Below are positions 57,441 through 64,000 of a stretch of 64,000 bases of DNA, one piece after another. A program made the translations under genes and the position numbers. The stretch spans positions 4,832,001 to 4,896,000 of the forward strand of contig OY776510.1 in the NCBI GenBank assembly GCA_963675665.1. The letters are read 5' to 3'. Source of the stretch: Spirochaetia bacterium. Its GTDB lineage: Bacteria > Spirochaetota > Spirochaetia > UBA9216. Numbering within the stretch: the stretch's first letter is position 1; each line of letters begins with the position of its first letter. The notes under the pieces are model-generated. The model was not told where the DNA came from and made no database searches. It was given only the letters and a program-made list of their open reading frames with translations.

Positions 57441-57520
57441 TTCTAAATATGTAATAGTATTCTAAATATAAACTTTATCTTGACAAATACAATTACAAAC
57501 GTTATTCTAAATATCAAACA
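57441..57520 (+). promoter_or_regulatory. sigma70 promoter of dctPQM with repeated putative IclR boxes
   Basis: TTGACA(57480)-17-TATTCT; TTCTAAATAT three times. Confidence 0.78.
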
Positions 57521-57535
57521 CTAAGGAGGCGAAAA

Positions 57536-58531
57536 ATGAAAAGCCCTAAAATATCAATTATTTTGATGGTCATGCTATTTTTAACCACAGCACTTTATGC
57601 CGGCGGCCAGCAGGAACCCGGAGATGTAAAAACAATAGAGCTCAGGTATGCAACAGTACATCCTGCTTCATATCCAAACGGTATCGCAGCAACAGCATTT
57701 GCTGAAGAAGTAGAAAAGCAGACTGAAGGCCGGGTAAAAGTAACCGTCTATTACGCAGGAGAACTTGGCGACCAGAAGAGCTATATTGAACAGTGTCAGA
57801 TGGGAACTCTTGATTTTGGAGATACAAGCGCATCACCAATGGTATCATTCGTTCCGGAGATGGGAGTTCTCTCCATGCCTTTCCTTTATGAAAGCCGCGA
57901 ACAGAAATGGGAAGTGCTCGGATCTGAAATCGGACAGGAACTTCTTGCAACCTGTGAAAATGCAGATCTTTATGGTGTATGCTTTTTTGAAGCCGGCGCC
58001 CGATCCTATTATGCAAAAACCCCGATTAGAACGATGGAAGATCTGCAGGGACTGAAAATCAGGGTAATGCAGAGCCAGGTTTGTATCGACCAGGTTAATG
58101 CAATGGGAGCTTCAGCTGTACCCATGGCTTTCAGCGAAATCTACAGTGCTATTCAGTCCGGTGTAATTGATGGAAACGAATGTAACCATCCTACATACCT
58201 TTCACAGAGCCATTATGAGGTTTGTCCTTACTTCACCTTTGACGAACATGTACAAATCCCTGATATGCTTATAGCAAGTAAAATTTCATTAGACAAGCTT
58301 AACCCAAAAGACAGGGAAATCGTTCTTGGAATCGGAAGAGACTTGTGGAAAACACAACTCAAAGCCTATGAAGACAACGAGCAGGTTGCCTACGATACTC
58401 TGGTAGAAAAAGGTATTGAGTTTATTACACTTCCTCAGTCTGAAATCGATAAACTCAGGGCATCAGTTGCTCCGGTTTACGACAAATACGAAGCCGAGTA
58501 CGGCGTATGGGTAGGCAAGATTAAAAACTAA
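57536..58531 (+). CDS. dctP: TRAP transporter substrate-binding protein
   Basis: AGGQQE; GLKIRV, M.FSE.YSA.Q.GVIDG.E. Confidence 0.92.
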   Translation: MKSPKISIILMVMLFLTTALYAGGQQEPGDVKTIELRYATVHPASYPNGIAATAFAEEVEKQTEGRVKVTVYYAGELGDQKSYIEQCQMGTLDFGDTSASPMVSFVPEMGVLSMPFLYESREQKWEVLGSEIGQELLATCENADLYGVCFFEAGARSYYAKTPIRTMEDLQGLKIRVMQSQVCIDQVNAMGASAVPMAFSEIYSAIQSGVIDGNECNHPTYLSQSHYEVCPYFTFDEHVQIPDMLIASKISLDKLNPKDREIVLGIGRDLWKTQLKAYEDNEQVAYDTLVEKGIEFITLPQSEIDKLRASVAPVYDKYEAEYGVWVGKIKN

Positions 58532-58545
58532 TTTTCTGAACATGT

Positions 58546-58577
58546 CGCTTCAGCAGATTCTGCAATCTGCTGAGGCG
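58546..58577 (+). other. Intercistronic stem-loop after dctP
   Basis: CGCTTCAGCAGATT/AATCTGCTGAGGCG. Confidence 0.7.
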
Positions 58578-58595
58578 TTTTTTAAGGAGGCGATC

Positions 58596-59126
58596 ATGAA
58601 GGCGCTCGTAACCTTCTACCGCTGGCTTAATCATTTTATCGAAAAGCTGGCATTGGTTTTAATTGTTATTATCACATCCGTAACAATGTACCGCGTTATC
58701 ATGCGGTTTTTTTTTAACTCTACCCCGTCCTGGACTGAAGAGTTCACTTGTATTCTGATTATCTGGATTGCTCTTTTAGGACTGGCAATCGGAGTCAGAG
58801 AAAAACTGCATCTCAGTATTACCCTGTTTTATGACAAATTGCCGAAAACGGCTCAAAAGGTTCTCAGCGCAGTAATATACATCGGTCAATTTATTCTGGG
58901 TATTTATTTTGTGACAGAGGGAATAAGTATTTCCATACGCCAATCCAGCGCGACAATGTCCGTTGTTAAACTGCACCCGTTTACTGATCAATTAATGCCG
59001 AACAGCATTCTTTATCTCGGTCTGCCTGTAACGGGCGCATTGATTCTTATTTATACTATCATACAGATTTTTGATAAAAAAGATGTATTCAAGATCACAT
59101 CGCTGGATACGGAGGATTTTCACTAA
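58596..59126 (+). CDS. dctQ: TRAP transporter small permease
   Basis: R.FF...SWTEE..., H..I; start after AGGAGG. Confidence 0.9.
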   Translation: MKALVTFYRWLNHFIEKLALVLIVIITSVTMYRVIMRFFFNSTPSWTEEFTCILIIWIALLGLAIGVREKLHLSITLFYDKLPKTAQKVLSAVIYIGQFILGIYFVTEGISISIRQSSATMSVVKLHPFTDQLMPNSILYLGLPVTGALILIYTIIQIFDKKDVFKITSLDTEDFH

Positions 59127-60409
59127 TGGCTATAGCAATATTACTCGGCTCATTCTTTTTAATGTTGATAATCCGCATGCCCATCGCAATTTCGCTTGCC
59201 CTCTCTTCGGTATTTACAGCTATGTATATGGGGATACCGGTCGCATCTGTGTTGCAGAGGATGGTCAACGGCGTTAACAAGGTGTCGCTTCTGGCTGTCC
59301 CGTTCTTTATTTTTGCAGGGCAGCTGATGGGTGCAGGCGGTATTTCCAGACGGCTTGTTGATCTTTCAAACGTGCTGGTCGGTCGTTTCAGGGGAGGCCT
59401 AGCACAGGTTAATATACTGACAAGTATGTTTTTTGGGGGTATTTCAGGCTCTTCAGTCGCCGACACATCTTCAATCGGAGCAATTATGATACCGATGATG
59501 AAAAAAGACGGCTACGACGCCGACTTTGCAACCTCGGTAACCATCTCAAGCTCAACACAGGGGATATTGATTCCGCCGAGCCATAACATGATTATATACG
59601 CACTGGCAGCCGGAGTTAATATCTCTGTGGGCATGATGTTTATCGGCGGTTTAATACCGGGAATAGTGCTTGGCGTCAGCATGATGATCCTTACATGGTT
59701 TATATCCATGAAGCGAAAATATCCCAAGGGCGGAAAAATCGGCCTGAAAGATTCAATCATAATAATAAAAGATGCAATTCTCGGCCTTCTTACCCCTGTG
59801 ATCATTGTTGGCGGCGTAATTACAGGTGTTTTTACTGCTACGGAATCCGCTGCAATTGCATGTTTCTGGTCATTCATCGTTTCGTTCTTCATTTACAGAG
59901 AGGTGCCGATTAGCGAGTTTTCGCCAATCTTAAAACGCACCTTCAAAACACTGATTATCGTATTGCCTGTAATAGCAGCGGCAAACGCTTTCGGCTTTAT
60001 GCTGGCGTACCTCAGATTACCCAAAATAGCGTCAGAATTCCTGCTGGGCCTTACAGCAAACAAATATCTTATTCTGCTGATCATGAACCTTATCCTGCTG
60101 GTTCTCGGCATGATAATGGATATGGCCCCGCTGATTATGATATGCACGCCTATTCTGTTGCCGGTAGCGATGGGAGTAGGACTTCACCCGGTACATTTCG
60201 GTATTGTAATGATGCTGAATCTTGCAATCGGTCTTATCACTCCTCCGGTCGGAGTAACACTATTTGTAGGAAGTTCAATCGGAAAGAGTTCGATAGAAAA
60301 AGTATCAAAAGCGAACCTGCCGTTTTATATTCTGATGTTCGGCGTACTGCTTCTTATAACCTATATCCCGCCGATTGTAATGTTTCTGCCTAATCTTCTG
60401 ATGGGTTAG
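59126..60409 (+). CDS. dctM: TRAP transporter large permease
   Basis: LLAVPFF, GISGSS.AD, LIPPS, TATES, TPPVG. Confidence 0.95.
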   Translation: MAIAILLGSFFLMLIIRMPIAISLALSSVFTAMYMGIPVASVLQRMVNGVNKVSLLAVPFFIFAGQLMGAGGISRRLVDLSNVLVGRFRGGLAQVNILTSMFFGGISGSSVADTSSIGAIMIPMMKKDGYDADFATSVTISSSTQGILIPPSHNMIIYALAAGVNISVGMMFIGGLIPGIVLGVSMMILTWFISMKRKYPKGGKIGLKDSIIIIKDAILGLLTPVIIVGGVITGVFTATESAAIACFWSFIVSFFIYREVPISEFSPILKRTFKTLIIVLPVIAAANAFGFMLAYLRLPKIASEFLLGLTANKYLILLIMNLILLVLGMIMDMAPLIMICTPILLPVAMGVGLHPVHFGIVMMLNLAIGLITPPVGVTLFVGSSIGKSSIEKVSKANLPFYILMFGVLLLITYIPPIVMFLPNLLMG

Positions 60410-60428
60410 AAGAAACCGAACTTGATAC

Positions 60429-60468
60429 ACAGGGCCGTTCAGAACCGAAATGTTTTGAACAGCCCTGT
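60429..60468. terminator. Hairpin between convergent genes
   Basis: ACAGGGCCGTTCAGAAC/GTTTTGAACAGCCCTGT. Confidence 0.65.
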
Positions 60469-60471
60469 CGG

Positions 60472-61845
60472 TTAAAACATTGCCTTAATTAATGCAGCTG
60501 CCTGGCGCTGACGTCCCCAACCGCTTTTAATCAAAGCATCGCCGGTTGCATTAATAATCGGATAGGCAATTGGAGATGAAGTAAGAAGCGGATGTGTTCC
60601 AAGCTGGAGCGTATCTATTTCAGTATCTGTAAAACCTTTTTGCACCATAACCGAAAGGATATTAATCATCTCGCCTACACTTTTCCCTCCGGAAACCTGG
60701 GCGCCGAGAAGGGTATGCGAATTAGCCGAAAAAAGAAGTTTTACCTTCAGCATCGCAGCATCCTTAATTTTCCCGGGGTGTCTGTCCGGGGCATTTGCAA
60801 CTCCGGTTACATAATTAAAACCAAGTTTGACAGCCTGGGTTTCCGTCAGGCCGGTAGCGCCGATTGACAGATCTCCAAAGCTTGTAGAGAAAGTGCCCAA
60901 TGTTCCCTTGAATCCCCTGATAAGATTCAGTTCATACAAATTTGAACCTGCAAGACGCCCTTCAGCCATTGCAGTGGAAGCAAGCATTAGGCTTACCTGA
61001 ATTCTTGAAAAATATTCCCGCTTTACAGCACAATCACCTACTGCAAAAACACCTTCTTCAGATGTTCGCATATATTCATCCGTTTTGATAAATCCATTTT
61101 GAATTTCAACACCAAGTTTTTCCGCAAGCTCAATGTTCGGATCGTATCCGATAGCAAAGATCACCAGATCTGATTTTACTGTTGTTCCGTCGCCCAGAAC
61201 GACTCCTGTAACAGAACTTTCTCCTGTAAGTCTCTGTATTGAAGTTCCGCTTAAAACCCTGGCTCCCATTTTTTCCATTTCGCCGATAGCCTGTTCGCAG
61301 AACTCCGGATCAAAAGCAGCACGGAGGATACGGCTTCTACAGCATATGGTAACATTCTTGCCCAGTTTTAATATTTCATCAGCTATTTCAAGTCCAATAA
61401 ATCCGCCGCCTATGATAAAAATATTTTCAGCTTCAGCAATCTTTTCTTTCATCTCAGTAAGGAAGTCAAATTTCTTATGTATTACCATCACGCCTTTTAA
61501 TCCGGAACCGTCAATTTCCGGAACCTTCGGTCGTGATCCTGTTGCAAGAACAAGCTTGTCAAAATTGACGTTCTCTCCGGATTCCGTTACAGCTGTTCTC
61601 CCGTCAAAACCGTTTACTTTATCAACAACAATTGAAATATTGTCGTCGACAAGCCCCTTATCCGGCAGGATATTGTGCTCAACCTTTTCGAGTGATGAAA
61701 TGACATAGGGTATTCCGCACGGTATAACCGATACCGGATCACTTCGGATTAAAGTGATTTTCTTTTCCGGGTAAGTATGCGCGGCAGATCTTGCACACGC
61801 AAAGCCCGCAGGCCCTCCTCCGATTATTAATACATCGGTATTCAT
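60472..61845 (-). CDS. FAD-dependent NADH oxidase/CoA-disulfide reductase family
   Basis: GGGPAG, PCGIPY (redox Cys), GGGFIG.E, AVGD, HP. Confidence 0.88.
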   Translation of the reverse strand: MNTDVLIIGGGPAGFACARSAAHTYPEKKITLIRSDPVSVIPCGIPYVISSLEKVEHNILPDKGLVDDNISIVVDKVNGFDGRTAVTESGENVNFDKLVLATGSRPKVPEIDGSGLKGVMVIHKKFDFLTEMKEKIAEAENIFIIGGGFIGLEIADEILKLGKNVTICCRSRILRAAFDPEFCEQAIGEMEKMGARVLSGTSIQRLTGESSVTGVVLGDGTTVKSDLVIFAIGYDPNIELAEKLGVEIQNGFIKTDEYMRTSEEGVFAVGDCAVKREYFSRIQVSLMLASTAMAEGRLAGSNLYELNLIRGFKGTLGTFSTSFGDLSIGATGLTETQAVKLGFNYVTGVANAPDRHPGKIKDAAMLKVKLLFSANSHTLLGAQVSGGKSVGEMINILSVMVQKGFTDTEIDTLQLGTHPLLTSSPIAYPIINATGDALIKSGWGRQRQAAALIKAMF

Positions 61846-62200
61846 AAGACTCTCCTCCCCCTCCAAAGTTCCGGGGTATATTTAAAGAACTTCTTTAGGG
61901 ATTTCTAATTTTATTACATTTACATATTATATTACGAGTTCCGCAGTAGAACAAGCCTGAAATTCATTTATCCTCTGTTACAGGACTGTTATAGAATGAA
62001 TTTCGTAGATTTAATTGGTAATCAGTACAGTCTCCGGGATGAAAGACCGTTTCTCAGGAATATGAATCTCCGTTGGTATAGTAGGGTAAACAGGAAAAAA
62101 CAGCATATATAAAATAAAAGCGCTACGCTTACAAGAATCCTTTTCATACAATCCCCTGTCGTCAATTCAACACTTTTAAAGAAACAAAATATCACCGGGG

Positions 62201-63670
62201 TTAAAGCAGCGGAGCAATAATCCTGAATAATGAATTTCTGAGTTTTGCCGGAAAGCTTAAATTTTCACAATCTTCAAGACTGATCTTCCTGCAATTCAAC
62301 AGGTCCTCATCGAAAACTCTTTTAAGAACCATGGCCCTTGCTGTATCATAAATCACCGCATTAACTTCATAATGAAGCTGAAAACTTCGTATATCCATAT
62401 TGCAGGTGCCGGTAGTAGCAATCTTCCCGTCGGCTATTAGAAATTTGCTGTGATAAAAGCCTTCCTGATATTGATAAAACTCCACCCCGGATTCAATCAG
62501 TCTTTCATAATAGGTATGAGCTACCCAGAAAGGGACCCATTTATCCGGAGGTGAACCGGCCATTATGACCCTGACCCTGACTCCTGCCAGGGAGGCTGTA
62601 ATCAGGGCTTCTTCAATAGCCACATCAATTACAAAATAAGGACTGGCTATAAGTATTTCCTCATTTGCATTGCTTATCATATTGAAATACAGATCCTTCA
62701 GGCTGTGCCAGTCGGAATCAGGCCCGCTTGTAACTATCTGAACAGGAAGATTATCAAAACTTTCTTTCGATGCAATAATATAGTCTTTTTCATTCTGAAT
62801 CTTCCCGCCGCTGTTCTCCCAATCTGCAAGAAATACAGCCTGAAGAAGACTGACAGTATCGCCGTTCAGTCTCATATGCGTATCACGCCAGGACTTGAAT
62901 CTTTTGCCTCCGTCAATATATTCACTGCCTATATTCATTCCCCCACTGTATGCTGTTTTTCCGTCGACAACGACTATTTTCCGGTGGTTACAGTAATTTA
63001 AAAGCCATCCGCTTAAAGGGTTGAGCGGATCCAGGAAATATCTTATCAGGACACCTGCTTTCCTCAGGCTTCTTTTATACTTCAGGCTCATCATTCGGTA
63101 ACACCCTACCCCGTCGAAGAGCAACCTTATTTCAACACCTTCAGAAGCCTTTCTGATCAGCACCTTCCTGATTCTTTCACCGAGCGCGTCGGACCGCCAG
63201 ATAAAGTATTCCATGTGAATTGAACGTTCGGCTTTTTCCAGATCATTTATCAAATCATTGAACAACTCTTCTCCATTACTATAAAATGAAATAAGGTTAT
63301 TCATAGTCATGATTGCTCCGCTGCTTTTAAGAAGCATTCGGATATTCTTTACTGCATCATTTTCATATTCCGGCGGTATATTCTTTAAAAACAGCTGCTG
63401 CCGCTGTATCAGCTCGCCGAGATTGTCCTTAAACAGGCGTTCCGGAATATGTTTGACTATTTTCCGCTTTTTCCAGTTTACGCCATTCAGAAAATAGAAA
63501 GGGATTCCTAGTACCGGCAGGAAATACAGTATAAGCAGCATGGAAATGGACCAGGCAGGGTCCCGGTTGTCAAGAAGAATTCTTATAGTTATTGCTATAA
63601 CTATCAAATAGAAGACAATGTTAAGGTAGTAGCCGAATGAAAAGCGTGCAAAAAAAGGAAGCATCGGCAT
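62201..63670 (-). CDS. cls: Cardiolipin synthase
   Basis: Two N-terminal TMs, two HKD motifs (HRKIVVVD, HSKFLIAD). Confidence 0.93.
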   Translation of the reverse strand: MPMLPFFARFSFGYYLNIVFYLIVIAITIRILLDNRDPAWSISMLLILYFLPVLGIPFYFLNGVNWKKRKIVKHIPERLFKDNLGELIQRQQLFLKNIPPEYENDAVKNIRMLLKSSGAIMTMNNLISFYSNGEELFNDLINDLEKAERSIHMEYFIWRSDALGERIRKVLIRKASEGVEIRLLFDGVGCYRMMSLKYKRSLRKAGVLIRYFLDPLNPLSGWLLNYCNHRKIVVVDGKTAYSGGMNIGSEYIDGGKRFKSWRDTHMRLNGDTVSLLQAVFLADWENSGGKIQNEKDYIIASKESFDNLPVQIVTSGPDSDWHSLKDLYFNMISNANEEILIASPYFVIDVAIEEALITASLAGVRVRVIMAGSPPDKWVPFWVAHTYYERLIESGVEFYQYQEGFYHSKFLIADGKIATTGTCNMDIRSFQLHYEVNAVIYDTARAMVLKRVFDEDLLNCRKISLEDCENLSFPAKLRNSLFRIIAPLL

Positions 63671-63676
63671 ATCTGA

Positions 63677-64000
63677 CTAATCCGCCCAGTTTAGAGTTTT
63701 ATCTACAGCTTTGTTCCAGAGGCCATATTTCTCAATACGTTTTTCAGCTTTTATTTCCGGCAGCCATCGGCAATCTTCACTCCAGTGTTTTTTTAACTGG
63801 TCCGTATTTTTCCAGAACCCGCACGACAGGCCGGCGGCATATGCCGCCCCCAGGGCTGTAGTTTCGGTAACAGCAGGCCGGACCACCGGAACATCAAGCA
63901 TATCTGCCTGAAACTGCATCAGCATGTTATTGGCGGTCATACCTCCGTCTACCTTCAGAGACGATATTGAAATGCCGGCGTCTTTTTCCATTGCGTCAAA
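63677..64000 (-). CDS. glpK: Glycerol kinase, C-terminal part (start lies outside the window)
   Basis: LKVDGG...N..LMQFQAD.L...V.RP...ETTALGAAYAAGL..GFW...W.KAV. Confidence 0.85.
   Translation of the reverse strand, partial: FDAMEKDAGISISSLKVDGGMTANNMLMQFQADMLDVPVVRPAVTETTALGAAYAAGLSCGFWKNTDQLKKHWSEDCRWLPEIKAEKRIEKYGLWNKAVDKTLNWAD

Noticed and set aside
1-64000. tRNA, rRNA, CRISPR arrays, prophage
   Set aside because: None recognised by eye; a covariance-model scan was not possible

Overview
A gene-dense bacterial window, probably from Spirochaetales (inferred from the A(N/G)GQQE-type N-termini of the solute-binding proteins and the lipobox style). Bases 1-38.3 kb are a rare-sugar/polyol catabolic island. 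It holds four CUT2 sugar ABC transporters, two ketose 3-epimerases, several SDR/Zn/Fe dehydrogenases, a GlpK-like kinase, a split transketolase and an RpiR regulator. Four of its operons share a sigma54 -24/-12 promoter plus an upstream TTACA-N4-TGTAA box. The likely controllers are an NtrC-type regulator and an unusual soluble histidine kinase whose input domain is a degenerate sugar-ABC ATPase. Next come an aldehyde:ferredoxin oxidoreductase, a PadR islet flanked by 23-bp direct repeats, RNHCP-rsgA, a full class IIC group II intron behind a terminator, a putative OMP/CARDB-lipoprotein pair and transaldolase. The window ends with an IclR/TRAP/SDR locus interrupted by an IS110 element, an NADH oxidase-like gene, cls and a partial second glpK. 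The IS110 non-coding end shows a readable bridge RNA whose target guide matches a Shine-Dalgarno sequence. All calls come from reading the sequence and motifs; no searches were run.
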